Below, one piece after another: positions 27,909 to 42,932 of a stretch of 64,000 bases of DNA. Location of the stretch: NCBI GenBank assembly GCA_030141605.1, contig JAQGDQ010000191.1, positions 124,001 through 188,000 of the forward strand, read 5' to 3'. Numbering within the stretch: position 1 is the first letter of the stretch; each line of letters opens with the position of its first letter. The notes under the pieces were generated by a model. That model did no database searches. It saw nothing but the letters and a program-made list of their open reading frames with translations, and was not told where the DNA came from. The translations under genes and the position numbers were made by a program. The stretch is from Tubiluchus corallicola (Eukaryota; Animalia; Priapulida).

Positions 27909-27991
27909 ACCCACTTTATGGGCTACAACTAGGTTCGAGAAAATATGGGTACAGGCTAAAAACAAAATTTTTTAAGTGAATCGGAAGTGCA

Positions 27992-28864
27992 TCTATACTC
28001 TTATATTAATATTCTTGGTATGGGCTTAATTTATCCCTTATATTAATATTCTTGGTATATATATAAGATTCGAGGCTACAGCCCGGACGAGGGCACCATT
28101 TGCGGCGATCTATACATCAAACGAAAGGTCTCGATCTAGTGTCGTGCAATTGATGGTTTATTTTTCGAATCGGGCCCACCGGGAGGAGAGGGAGGCGAAA
28201 AACCTCCAAAATGGCCCTTTTTCGGCCGTTTTTTGCAAAAGTTATACGGCTGAGATGTAGAGAACGGGAACTGGCCGAGGGGGGTACTGGGTATGGATAG
28301 ATAGCCCGTTCAGCGGTGGGTGTAGTATAGGCATATTTAGAATTCCCGAGAGGGCCACGGCGTCTCGTAACGGGCGTTTTCCCGGACCCAACTCGCGATT
28401 TTTTCGAAATTTTGACCAAACAGCCTGCGGGAAAAACGTTCTAGCGTTGGGACTCTGGGAAGGAGATATATAGCTCACCAGAAAGAGGACGGACAGGGCT
28501 ACACGATGATGTGGGCTATATCTTAGGGCAGGCCCACCGAGAGGAGTATCGACGAGTTAATTATGTCTTCTATTTTCCTCAAATTTCGACAATTTTCGCT
28601 TAGAAAACCGTGCTGACCGCATTCCATTGTGCTGACGTCATCCATTGTACTCTGTCTATAAGTTTATTTCAGCAAAAAGCTGCTACTGGCTTTGCGTTAG
28701 ATAAACAGACATACAGTAGGCATGATGTTACGGGCTACAGGCTTTGCGTTAGGTAAGTAGGCAGGATGTTACGGGCTTTGTGTCATGAGGACTAGGTAGG
28801 ATGTTCGCGTATTATTGATTATACGTGGATTTGTACGCAAAATCTTTTGCGGGGCCTTTGCTAG
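27992..28864 (+). mobile_element. Non-autonomous Helitron, structurally intact (873 bp)
   Basis: 5' A|TCTATACT terminus. 3' hairpin CGCAAAA-TC-TTTTGCG (28836-28851) lies 9 nt before CTAG|T. Inserted between A and T with no TSD. GC/CpG-richer than its flanks. No RepHel ORF. Confidence 0.85.
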
Positions 28865-31800
28865 TGTTAACATTATTCTTGAAGCAGGTAAGATTGCAAT
28901 TAACAGGAAAACAATAATTCATGAGAAGTTCGTTGATAAGAGGCCTGGGGAAAACTTGTATTGATAAGCAACTGTTCTGGATCTAAAATTAACCATGCCA
29001 TAAAAATTGAGTCTAGCGTTCTTACTAATTACACACCTTACACCTTAGAAGTTCGGCACGGTTATGAAGTAATATATTAGAGAACCTCACCGGGTGAAAT
29101 AATCTTAAAGTGCAACTCGAAAACGTTTTATTTACGAAGTTCATTCCATTTGCATTTGACCTTTGCAAATTTACACATGAAACGCCGTGTTTAGATTGAG
29201 TGTTGAGTACGCATGCGCTTAATGTAAACACGAGTCCTTGGTGATAATTCCTGAGCTTCAACAGCTGTTTAGCTTGTGAAACTAGATCGCAGTTGTCCAA
29301 GTCAAGCGGCAAATTGCAATCTTTGGCTTCAATAATTATCAGCTCTGTGGCTGGTAAGCCGAAGCCACTAGGGGAAACTATTGCACATGCAAATTATTGC
29401 TGAGAACTTTATGACGTCTTGTGAAATCGCTGTCGCTTAATGAAGCATAAATTATAGGCAAAATTGAATTGCTGCAATTTCTATAGCGAAAAATCTCTTG
29501 TATCCACTATGTGTCATTATGACGTTGACATCTCTGTCAATTCTCACGTAGCAAGCTAGAAAATATTATTGCGTTTTATTATTGCGTCAATTTGAAGCAA
29601 ACTAAAAATTTCTTTCTTCCATTATGACGTTATTGTGAAGAGACATCCTTGTCAATTGGCACTTAGCAAGCCCGAAACTACTAAGGAAAATTATTGCAGT
29701 TCCTTGCCTCCCTTATGTCTACTTTTGTTGCTTCGAGAAGTATGGCTTCAAAATGCTACCAAGTAGCGCGGCTATGATAATTCATAAAGACGACATTGTA
29801 AATTTTGGATTTTTTCCTCACTTAGCAAATATGTTTTTCAAAACCGATGGGACCGAAATAAATTTGTCAAATAAAATATCATTGTGCTTATATTTTCATT
29901 TTACTTTCATCACATCCAGGGGCAATTAGTAGCAAGTATGCCAATTAAAATGACCGTTTTTTTACAGAACTAATGTCGGAAATATTACCCACCGATTGTG
30001 ACCTTATTTCACGCCATATCTGTCACACAGCTAGTTTTTGGCATACCTGACACGTGATTCATCTTTAGTTAATCCTGTGATTCTTGTCGGTAGGCCTGCA
30101 CGGTGCAAAACCTGCATGTGAAGCACTACACATTTTTACCCTAAAAATTGTTTCAATAAAACTATATAGTAGTCATGACTTTTTATAGCATGATGTTCCT
30201 ACACACTTTACAGAAAAAGTGGTCCAGCATTGTTATTATAACAGAAGAGAAACTATTTCCGTGCTTTGTGAGAGAGATCAGCCATAATGAGCCATTAATT
30301 TGCATAGCATAGAAAAGAAGAAAGAAGTACTCAAGTACTCGTGTCACAAAGAAGTACTCAAGCTATAGGGATGATCTCGTAACCACGTTATTTGTCCATA
30401 TCTCAAGCTTAATCTAGATCTACAAAGGACGTTAAATTCGCACACAGGCCACGTGTTATAAATAAAGTCGTGTCAAGGCGTGTGTTAAAGGCGATTTTTG
30501 CTTTTGACTGTAGGATAGCAGAAGTTCACGACGCTACGAGCCACAAAAATATTCCTTTAATTCCGGAAATTATTGACAAGTGTCAAGAAAAGCATCTACA
30601 TAAAAGAACAGAAACCATGAGACTTTGTCAATTTAGTTTACCCATGTAGGCTAGGCTCAGTCACCCAAAGTAACTCATTAGCAGTGTGCTAAGGCTATGG
30701 ATCCCACAGCCAGCTGATTCACATTGAAACAATCCCAATTGTGAATACAAGACTATAACTCCTCAATAAATTCTTAGCAATAGTTAATGAGCATTTTAGT
30801 GCATTAAACATTCCTCACTGAGGTAAAACTCTTACTGAGGTGGAAGCCATCTTAATCCGTCTTGCCTCTGATTGTAATCAAATCCCTCAATCGACTGAAA
30901 ACGTAAATATTTGCCATAAAGCTCTACACAAGCTGCGACTGATAATAATTAGGACAGAAGTTACGCATCTGATCAACTTGAACAATGCTTTGTTTTGCAT
31001 TGCTTACTTTTAATTTGCTTTACTTTGATAGTAACAAAAACGCTGAGAGATCTGCAGTAAAATTAAAAAAATCTTTAAAAACCAAGATTTATTTGGTTTT
31101 AATATTAGAATTCTGAAGAAGGACTTTTAAACCCGAAAATTTTATTGTTAAAGAAATTTTATCGGGTTTTGCTACAGACTCTAAGTGTCTGGTTTTGTTA
31201 TTATCAAATGACTGGATATAGTGACTATAGACCTTGACTGTGTTGCCTTTCCTAGTTTTATCTCTATCTTACCTTTAAACCACATTACTGGCTGATCTTG
31301 TTGATCAGCTTTGAGTGACCAATTTTCATATAGCTTTGACTCCATTGGTCAGAAGGAAATTGTGACGAGAAGCTATATTTTACTGCCGTGTGACCTATAT
31401 GTAATATATATCTGCATCATGTAGTCATAGATAAAACGTGGTAACGCTACAGATAATCAACTAATCCAAAGAACTTAACTAATGCAAAATGAATCGAATG
31501 GGGAAAATTGTAAAGTATGTCTAAAATTTGCCTAAGATTACCTGCATGCGGAAGACCAACATGTAAGTTATAACATGAGTTAAACAATTACATGCATCTA
31601 TAATCTTAATTTTAAGATTGTTGGTCAAAATTGGAATGGACCTACAGTTGTTGAATGTTTAAAATCAGACTTGAACAAAAGGAAGAAACGTCAAAAACTC
31701 ACGACTTAACTAGATCTGAACCAGTGAATTTTGGAAAGAAAATCTAATACGGTAATACCTAATCACTGCCGACAAATCACTATGCCGTACAACTTGTATT

Positions 31801-32862
31801 TATTGCAGTTTTTAATTCCTTCCTAATAGCTCACCAACAAATTCAACGTTTCCAAGTCTGGGGCAATGAATATAATATGGCAATGGTAATAATAATGATA
31901 ATGATACGGACGATGATGATGATGATGATTGCGATGATTTTATTGAATTTTAATGGTTACCGCATTTGCTAAACTGTAATGTATTTTTTGTAATATCGTT
32001 TTCCCTAGCTTCGGCGACTTAGGACAGCAAAGCATCCGCTAAACGACTAGCGTACACAAATTAGTCGTCCCAAATTGGTTTTGTGACAAGAGCACGTTCT
32101 CTTAGCACTGCTCTTTTGTGTGGCATTGTGCGTGGAAGCCACAATTGGCAATAAAATCGGTTTCTAAGTGCTCTCTTAACGGCGTTTGCGATTGTCTGTT
32201 TAAATACGTTTGTTCGTTAGAGTGGACAAAATTCGCCCCACTTGTCTAGTTAAGCAGTGCAGTGGCTGCGCCTTTATTTCAGGGAAGGGAACTTTGTTTT
32301 TTAAGCATGTTTTCAGCCAAGATATTACCGATAAATTTACAAATGGTCAACAATTAGTCATTCAGTCGATCAGTTGGTCAGTCTGCCAACTTGGTTGTAG
32401 GTCAGTCAGTCAATCAGTATAACAAGTCAATTGATCAATGTGATTTGTATATTAATCTAGTTAAAGATTAAGCTAGCTCATTCTGCTAGACACCTTTAAA
32501 AGCCTGTAACTGACAAAAATTAGTAGCGCTAAAGTATTGGAGATATAAGTATAACTAAGTAGCTATTTATAAGATGAAAACATATGTTGGCAATTAAAAG
32601 CATTTAAGCATGTTAGCACAGAATACCTATAAAGTTGTAAATGAAACACTAAAAGCTGCATATAAGGATAAAAATCCGAGAGCTACTAGCGCATGATTTG
32701 CTTCTACTTGGCTCAATTTACAAAGCAGGCAACAGATCATTATAGCTCACAATAGATGACGACAATCATCCTTCTTTTTTATGTAACACACTCTAAAAAG
32801 GCAATTACTAGCTATTAAGTTTTGATTATTCTGTTTATAAATTTTCTATTTATATATTTCAG

Positions 32863-33635
32863 GATATGGTAACATTGCGCCTCGGACACCTCCAGGAAAA
32901 GTGGTGACCATGCTCTACGCTATTATAGGAATACCACTAATGCTTTTGTACCTAACGAACATTGGCGACTTTCTAGCGAACTCTTTCAAATTTGTATATC
33001 AAAAACTCTATATGCGGCTCTGCCGGAAACGGAGACCTAGATTTCCGGTACGGCGACACCATGTAGCGGCGCAGAAGATAAATACCATAGGTGATAATGA
33101 CGAAAAAGCTGAAGAGGAAACAATAAAAATCGAAACTGTGACAGAGAATCATATAAACGATGTGAGGGCCAGGAGAGATAGTTATGACGACGATGATGAA
33201 GAACATGAAATACGTGTTCCCATCAGCTTGTGTATGTTGCTACTAGTAGGGTACATTGGAGCGGGTGCTATGATATTTAGCTTGTGGGAACAGTGGAACC
33301 TACTCGACGGTTCATATTTCTGTTTTGTAACTTTGAGCACGATCGGTTTTGGTGATTTAGTACCCGGTGATAATGTGATACACGAGACAGGTTCTGAGGA
33401 GAAACTGGCCCTTTGTTCATTGTACTTGCTAGTTGGCATGGCGCTGTTGGCCATGTGCTTCAATTTAGTGCAAGAAGAAGTCATTAATAAGGTACGAAAC
33501 CTAGCGATTAAACTGGGTATTATCACCGCTGACCCTGCACCTAGGCGGGAAGAAAATCATCAAAATCCCGAATCGCCTGTGGAAGGGGAAAAGTACGTCT
33601 ACACAGAGAATAACTGTGCAGTAGTTACTGCGTAA
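32863..33635 (+). CDS. Two-pore-domain (K2P, TWiK/KCNK18-like) potassium channel, terminal coding exon
   Basis: Acceptor TATATTTCAG at 32862. Phase-1 exon reads (G)GA-YGNIAPRT (end of pore 1), then M2 (LYAIIGIPLMLLYL), a long cytosolic loop, M3, pore 2 (SYFCFVTLSTIGFGD), M4 and stop TAA at 33635. Upstream M1/cap/P1 exon(s) not found in the window. Confidence 0.95.
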
Positions 33636-36600
33636 AAATTGTGCCATTCAAAAGCGAATTAGGTTCATTGGTGTTAGCGTAACGCGAAAGGTATCGTGAA
33701 TTATATAAGAAGGCCACTTATATAGCAAAATGATAAAACAAAACTAGAAGATGAATTTTCTTCTAGAAACTGCTGGTCAAATTAAATGGAGGGAAATGAT
33801 CAGTGCGGTAAGCCTCTGTTCTGAGAAATTCTGAATAGTTGTGCTAAAGAACATAAGCAGTAATTGCAAGAATTAAAAGTGATTTAAGGGCAGATGGAAA
33901 AAAGAACAGAAAAACAAAAGTAGCTCGTTGAGAAGACGCGGCTTTCATAAATTTATTGTAACACCAGGCAATGACGACCAACGAGAGCATCTGACGTTTA
34001 CATTTTTTCTCTGTTTGCATATCCAGTGTAGTGCATTACATAGTTTAAAAAACTACGTGCATTTTAGCGTAAACATTCGTTTAAGTCATTGCCATGATAT
34101 TTCGATGCAATCGCAAGCATTGCAAATAAATTAGGTCATTATGCCAACAATAATTAAGAATATTTCTAGTTTTACCGATTAGGATTATAATGGTGGTCTG
34201 TTAAAAAATTGTGCGATGGTTTAAAGAAGGATGTTCCGAAAGATATCTACGGCAGTTACGTGATAAGCACAATGTACTTGATTGTAAAAACAGGGAGAAG
34301 GAAACGGAAATCATGTGAGAAGTCTTTCGTTTATTCTTACTTAATTTCATTCACTTGATTTCCATCATATTTACTGTCTAATATGTAATAGACTGTAATC
34401 TGTATACTTGTACATAACTTGTAAAAATGATTGTTAGCTCTGCCAGAGTGCAGAGCCTTTTGTACTTTGCACAGAGAGATGGAGCCACTATTGCTAATTA
34501 CTGTACCATAATTATATAATAGCTCATTACATGGTACAAACTGACTAATGTAACGAGAATGTTGTCTGTTAATATTGCCACTATTACATCCGTTATTATT
34601 GTTACTCTTAATTTATGTTGCTGTATTAATTAGTGTCTAATCGTCAACTTTTCATTATCATTTTTGCAATATATCGTTTCAAATGCAAGGTGATCAATCA
34701 AAAACCAAGTTGTGGAAGCGAGAATGTAAAATCATGAATTATGTGCTCTCTCTTTGCTGGTTCGAAATCAAGTTTTGTTTGGGGACCTGTAAAATTTAAA
34801 ACCTCTTGGTTTTCTTAGTTAAACCACTTTTTCAAGCATTGTACTCCTGTTGAATTTCAACTGGTGGGCATCTTACTGAAGACCGCTTTTACGAACGCCC
34901 ACGCGTCCTGTAAGCCAGACTACACCTCTGCATTTACATCCACATAAACGCAAGTGAAAACCCATAAAAGCGAACATATAATGCCGAGTCCGTTTGGCAT
35001 TTTCGCAGCGTTTATACATCAAAACTTATTCGGTCGTCGGCTGCCAGCTCCACACTTAAACTGAATTGGTTACCGCGAGTATTATCGACTAGCTGTCTGA
35101 TTATTATCAAATTGTAATTGGGCTATACGCCTAATGCACTTTCAGTGCCGCGAAGCCGTCTGACGTTTTCGTATTTGTCATGCGTATTATAATTGCTCCC
35201 AGTTCTAAAACTTAATGAATAGAACAGAGGGCCATTAGCACGCGCGTTTCTGTGCCATTTAGGTGACTTTATTATAAAGCAGCATGGCTTCTGAAAACAT
35301 CAGGTGCTTATAGACACGTTTTCTTGAAGCCAAGCACTTTCACTGAAGGGCAGTAAACTGCAGTGGTAGGTAGAAAAACTGCAAATCGTTCTGTTATGGA
35401 TTAATAGATCATCAATAATAAGATCAGTTTAGTTTTAAAAAAGTACTATAACATGTTTTGAAGAAATGAGAGTGAGCTGGACAAATTTAAAATTTACTTC
35501 TATTCTTCTGAATTGCAACATTCTAGTTTACATCGGTCTGTCTTTTATGCAGCAACGAGCACGTAACAATAATGTTTCACAATTTCGTCAAACGGTGGCG
35601 CCACCAGCATCACGCGTGCGAATTGAAATTATGGCTACAAAATTGAAGCTGTAAATTGTTGTACATGTAATACCTAATTAGCATCAAACTGGTTATAATA
35701 TCATGAGCCAGAATACAACAGCTGTGTGTTAAAATGTTGTTTGTAACTTACGTTGAAGCATTTGGACTGTTTGGCAGCTTTTTGACACATTTTAGGTTAA
35801 TTTTCGGCTCAACGGGCAAGTTGGCACCTTTCTCTATTCCACGATTTTCTATCATGAAAAAAATTAGTAGTTAATTTATACAATGAATTTCAGCAGAAAT
35901 AGCGTAATAGAAATATACTAATATCCCTACATTGGAATGTACTAAAACCAAGTTATATGGCAAGAAAACTTGAGTCGTGCAATTATAAACGTTATTATGA
36001 TATCAGAGTACACAAACTGGCTGATTTTTGACAAAATAACAAGTGTTATTCAAAGAATTCAACGTGATAAATGTGAGCATGTTCTCATAACATGCAGTGT
36101 CGCTCCCGTTTTTGTCTACAAGTTAGTGACGCACGCACCAGCAGTGACTATAGTAGAAACTCATGCTAAATGACTTCATGATATTCACCCGCTTTTCACA
36201 GTCATTTGATCAGCATATTTCTATTGCATTGTTTCTTCTGGAACACCCTATACAATGTTATTTTACACAACTGTTGCATCGGGGGACCTGGGTGGAGTAT
36301 TGGTTAGGCGGAGTTAGGACGTTTACGAGAGAAGACTTACAGTCTTATTTATATAATTCCGACTTTTTAATCTGTCTTTAAATTATACGGCAGTTTTACA
36401 AATTAGATTAGATTGTATTAATAAAATTATAATTTTTACAATTTACAGCGCTGACATTTTACTTATTGTTTTCTTCACTGGCATTAATTGTCGCAGTGAA
36501 ACTTTTGGCCAATAATGCGGAGGATTATTTTACTTTCCAACAAAACTAATCTTGTGTCGCCATCTTTCGGGTTCAGCATAAACAGATTTACTTACAACAA

Positions 36601-38321
36601 ATCTCACATTTTAAATCGCAACGTCGGTATAAAGAGGCAATTAATCGAAAATTTAATACGATTGTATAAAGTGTAACTAATAATATACTTTCTAAGGCGT
36701 CGATGGTTGTAAATACTGTTATGACCTACTGCTTAACTGTTTAACAATTTAATTGTTTAAATGTTTATAAAATTAAAAAAATATTTATTTGCAATTATTA
36801 TTTCAAGTTAACTAGCACGCAAATGACTACCTGGTGTCGGAATTTCTGACATTTTCCAAGTGGTGAAGTGTTGTTTTCTTATTTCGCTGTTTCCACTTTG
36901 TCCAAACTTATATGGATAGAAAACTGGACAAGAATTAATTTTCTAGTGTAAGAATTATAAAAAGCTAATGCATCGAATTTCTTTTTTATAAACGTCGGTA
37001 AACTGCAAGCCAATCTAGGGCTCATTGGCAAAACAGGTTTAATCTTGATGTTTGTGACGAGACAAGAATTTGGTTCATTATCAATGCAACTCAGTAAGAT
37101 GTAAACAATGAAACGACCAATCGCGTGTATTGAACCCACTCGTTCTCTAACCATTCACTGCACTTTAACATTTAAAATAGTGTCTGCTAAAGATCCGAGT
37201 TGGAAGGCCATCGTAATATACAAAAGTTTTATTGAAATCTAGTAAGCAATTGCAAATTTATCGGCAGTTCGGACGAGTCAACGTAAACGTTTAAAATTTT
37301 AATCAAGCATGTAACGAAAATCTTACCTACACCTATCAGCTTGCCTACATCAATACTTATGATTTATCTTCCTATCTGTCTTCTACCTACCTATTACTGC
37401 ACCTGCTTATCAGCCTACTTAACTACATGCTTATTTACCTATCCACCGACCGACACACTGGCCTACCTACCTGCCTAACTACTACTGATCGACGATCAAT
37501 CCACCTACCTATGTTTACTATGTAACTAACTAAGTAAGTTATTGTACTTCGAAAACGAGGTTCATATTTACAGTAAAACATATTTACAGTAAAAATTAAA
37601 ATTTACAAAAATTATAAGATAATATTAAAAAATGAATGTTTACATATTATCTTTAATTTTTTTCCCTTTCCTGTGATAGATTTGAACGGATCTCTAGCAC
37701 CTTGCCCTTTTTTCCAATACTGATAACTTCGTATCGTTTCGTCTCGTTTCAGTTCAAAATGTGGTCAGACTTCAGTTGCTCTAAAGCAAAATTATATGGA
37801 TTTCTCAATATTCTTATCGTTTTCGTTGTTTTATATCAATCTGTCTCTGTCTCTGTATATATGTCTCTGTATGTTTATTACAAAATTTTAAAAATAATAA
37901 TAATAGCAATAAATGATCTTTGCAGCACAATATAGAGAAAAGAAGAAAACCTTGAAGTGAACTACGATATTTCAATTTTCATGAATGTTTTAATGTGTCA
38001 GAGATGCCAGTGACACATGGTAATAAATAATGCATCATAGTTAAGGCATATCTATAGAATGTGTAGATATCCGTGTGGATCCATTACTATAGCGTTGCCA
38101 ATGCCGCCAACGAAGTTAAAACCTTTGTTTGAAACATAGATTGGTGATTAAAAAAGATTTAATGCCTTTGAACTATGTATTGTATAGTTATGGAGTTTAT
38201 ACATAGCTTACACTGATAAGCATATTAATTGAATCAATACTGTTTTTTAAAAAAAAAGAATCGTGCAAACAGATAAAACAAGAAATAAACAAAATGTGAA
38301 TAAATTAATACAAATATATGA

Positions 38322-38327
38322 TTTATT
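38322..38327 (-). terminator. Candidate actin polyadenylation signal AATAAA
   Basis: AATAAA on the minus strand ~420 nt after the stop, preceded by TGTA motifs and followed by a T/GT-rich downstream tract. Confidence 0.6.
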
Positions 38328-38748
38328 AATAAAACAATTCCAATGTAGCATACAATTTGTACAAAAAGTTTGCGTTCTGGAACTGTAACGTTTTGATATA
38401 TTACAGTAACTGTTGTAAATAGCAAGTCAATCAATCATTCAATGAATATTGTGTATAAGATGCATGATGAAGATTTAACGGTCAGAAAAAATTGCCCTCC
38501 TCCAGGAACAGTGTTTTAAGTCAGCTGTGACGATGTTGAAGACAGCTTGGACATTCAAACAAGTTTTTCATCAATATAGTTCATTCTAGGCACCAGAGAT
38601 GGCAACACTTTGATAACAGACAACAAAAATAACGACAACACAATATAAAATAATACACAAGAGGGCAGCGATGTGATGTTTCCTCTGGTGTCCACAATGG
38701 AAACAATTGTTGCCATCACGTTGGCAGTGTGAGAGTTGGTCATCGCGC

Positions 38749-39099
<351 letters not shown>

Positions 39100-39333
39100 T
39101 TAGATACTGTACAAATAACCAATGCAGCTACATTTTTGCATAAAATATGTTAAGTAATGCTTTAGAAAATATAATTCAAAAATACAGCAATCAAACGATT
39201 TTGGCATAAATAGTAGTCATGATTTTTTAAATACTTAAAATACATTTACTTTCCATGAAAGTACTATCGCAACACATATTTCTTTAACAAAATGTAAGGA
39301 AAGCTGAATCCAATTTCTGATAAAAATACACAC

Positions 39334-39525
39334 CAAGAAAGGATGGCTGGAAGAGAGCCTCAGGACAACGGAATCTCTCATTGCCAATAGTAATGACTTG
39401 GCCATCAGGCAACTCATAACTCTTCTCCAGGGAAGAGGAGGCAGCGGCGGTGGCCATTTCCTGTTCGAAGTCGAGGGCAACGTAGCAGAGCTTCTCCTTG
39501 ATGTCACGGACGATTTCTCTTTCGG
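39334..39525 (-). CDS. ACT: Actin, coding exon 4
   Basis: Encodes (A)[12 protein letters not shown]...[10 protein letters not shown](G); AG/GT boundaries, phase 1/1. Confidence 0.99.
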
Positions 39526-39795
39526 CTATAGAAATAAAAGTTCCAGGCTTAGTATACAAAACAGAATTTTAGTTCACATAAATAAAGCGACAATTTTTGT
39601 AAAAGTGTTTCATTAATGAAGCATTGTTTGTATATGTTGCACGTATTGTTGATCAAGTTAGGCGTGTGGCACTATGCATTATTATAACCTTCTTTGACCA
39701 CTTACATTATTTTATCCTGTAGCATTGATTTTGTTGTGTATTGTTTATATGAATATTGAATCTTTTATATAATGCAACCATTTCTAAAAACTTTA

Positions 39796-40086
<291 letters not shown>

Positions 40087-40670
40087 CTAATAAAAAGATA
40101 AATATGAGCTAAATATTAATTAACGAACGAATAATTAACGAATTATTAATGTGTACAAAACTATGAAAATTATACAGATCATATGAAAAGTTTTAATTTT
40201 AGATATTCCTTTGTCAAATCAGACAAACGACTTCATATATATTTTAGAATAAAGTATTGGGGTAATCTATACATATATATATAAGTGTATAAGTGGGATA
40301 ATCTATACAATCTATATAAATTAAGTTTAACTCTTTATTCACAAATTTCCCGACCAACGCCATAAACAGCAGTCGAGCATATTCTGGCAGGGTTGACAGT
40401 GCTGTCTGGCTTCTTATTCACAATGTTGTCAGCAGGCGGCTGCACGTCTGGTTACAGGATGACCTCTAAATTTTGTGTTAACGCATACCAGAAACAGAAC
40501 TCTCTGCTTAAACTTCCGCCAAGTAACTTAACACCAAAGCCAATGGCAAGAACTTAGCTGTTTGTACTACCAGCTCACTCTATAGTCGTTTGACCAAATA
40601 CAGGGCCATACACGCGCTCTGCCAAGCAGTTTTTTTGAGAAAAGACTTGTTTGCGCACGTTTAAACACTA

Positions 40671-40922
<252 letters not shown>

Positions 40923-41998
40923 CTAAAGAACGAAACAAATTTAATTGAAAAAGTTGATCTGTATAATTGCGATATATTGGAATTGGAATGGTAACACGGA
41001 GGCCTAAACTACAGTTATGTACTTATGAGATTTGCTTATACTCGCGCAAGATAATATCAAATTGGCACTAAAAACAATGTTTTTTGTTAAAAAACTGCAA
41101 TCGAGCGCCAAAAAGGGTTAATAAGGATGTAGCAACTGTGTCATTTGCAATTTGCGAATAATGAAAAATTGCGTCCCAAAAATGTCAGAAAAGAAACAAA
41201 ACAAAAAACGATTTACTTTTCTCCACAGTAACTACGCATAGGAGGTCATCGCCCAGCACAATGCCCCCAAAGACTAGTTTAAGCTCATATTTGTAGCAAT
41301 TTTCGTATTTCCCTCAATTACGCAAGTTACGTTAATAACTGATTTCTATGCAGCATTTTGGGGTAATTTTCTAGTGGTTTTATTAGTAAATTACTCACTT
41401 CTCGCTAGAAGTATCAAGTTCCATTAAAAAGTTCAAACACAAAGAAACTGTTTAGTTTGACTCGTTAACCTAAGAAAATTTATAGAATTTTGAATTGTTG
41501 CAAATTATTTCAACATTATAGTGTATTAGTGTATTGCATTCCATCGTACTTCTTTAGTGTAGCCCACTGAATTCGAAATATTTATGTGATCGGTAAAAAT
41601 CACCTGGAGGAGTTACAGTTTTACTATTTCAGAAACATCAAAGACCAGTTTAGGCGACTTAAATCCAGTCAGACTGGATTCTGAAACTTCTAAAGGGGAG
41701 TGTCCGTTGGATTAAAGTTCACCACACTCGGGAGCACAATGCTCTTTTTCATTTCAAGAATTTGGTAAACCCTACCAACCGCACTCGCTGTTAACATTCT
41801 GCTTAAAAACAGCATAAGAATTACAATAGATTACAGCTACATTAATTTCAATAATAATAATTTATTATTTGTATAGACGGGACAGATGGTGCAACATGAT
41901 AATATTAATTCAATTAAGATGATTTTATTTAAATTTGAGACCCATTCAGCGCATGAACGACTACTGTATTGATTAAAAGTAAAAGAATATAATAATCA

Positions 41999-42154
<156 letters not shown>

Positions 42155-42581
42155 CTAAGAAGTTCTGAAAAATGAATAAAAATGTTACATTAATTTGATT
42201 CAACTATATTAATACTTTGGTATTGTTTTTGCAGTAAAAACTGTGACTGTTATTTAGGAAAATTGCATTTCTAGTTTTTAGTGAATGATACCGTTTGCAC
42301 CGCTATCATTTAGATGCAGTCGCGTGCAACTAAACCAAACCTCATACGCGAAAAAAATTTTAACTTCTTAAACAACAAAAAGTGAATTAGTAAATTTAAC
42401 TGGTTTAAACAAAGCAACACCTTTTTCAACAAGCAACGAATTAAGAAAAGCTATGCTTCTTTGCTGTCACAAGAAGAGGGCAATGTTATCACAGGAATTG
42501 TCAGTTGGATCTCGCTCAATGAATCGCTAGTCTTTACGCAGCCCATCCGTCACGTGACCACACACCGGCCGGCATCGATTT

Positions 42582-42591
42582 CCTTATAAGG
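42582..42591. promoter_or_regulatory. Perfect CArG box (SRF site) in actin intron 1
   Basis: CCTTATAAGG fits CC(A/T)6GG. The palindromic E-box GTCACGTGAC lies at 42549-42558, in a locally GC-rich patch. Confidence 0.7.
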
Positions 42592-42883
42592 GCATACAAT
42601 GTGTTCACAGCAGGCACTGCCAGGGTTCAAATCGAATGCTACAGTTCTTGGGCAGGAAAAAGGAAGTCTCCTAAAGCTTGGACATCCAGAAATGTCATTT
42701 TAATTGATGAATTATTCGAGATCCAAATTTTGAAAGATAATTTTGATTTTACACTAATAGCAAACGAACCTGCTCTATCAATGTACTTGGACTGGTTTGC
42801 ATATATACCTGTACAGCGTGCAACAAAATATTAGCAAACTGCAATCAAACATTATATCAAATTAAGTATGAAATTTCACTCAC

Positions 42884-42932
42884 CAACTACAACTGCTTCA
42901 AATCCTGCTGTTTAGAGCTCTCACACTCAACT
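42884..42932 (-). other. ACT: Actin non-coding first exon (5' UTR)
   Basis: Initiator TCAGTT (42934-42929, predicted +1 at 42932) and a strong donor TTG|GTGAGT at 42884/42883, matching the acceptor at 42165. Confidence 0.8.

Noticed and set aside
27530-27979. 149-aa and overlapping ORFs (RE/MDGW/PSIH repeats)
   Set aside because: Translations of (GA)n and (ATGG)n microsatellites.
28117-28478. ORFs inside the Helitron as captured genes
   Set aside because: No recognisable domain; explained by higher GC content giving fewer stops.
32973-33526. Antisense ORFs over the K2P exon
   Set aside because: Shadow frames of a real coding exon.
38690-38748. Beta-actin zipcode-like element after the stop codon
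   Set aside because: The CGGAC/ACACCC bipartite motif is not present.
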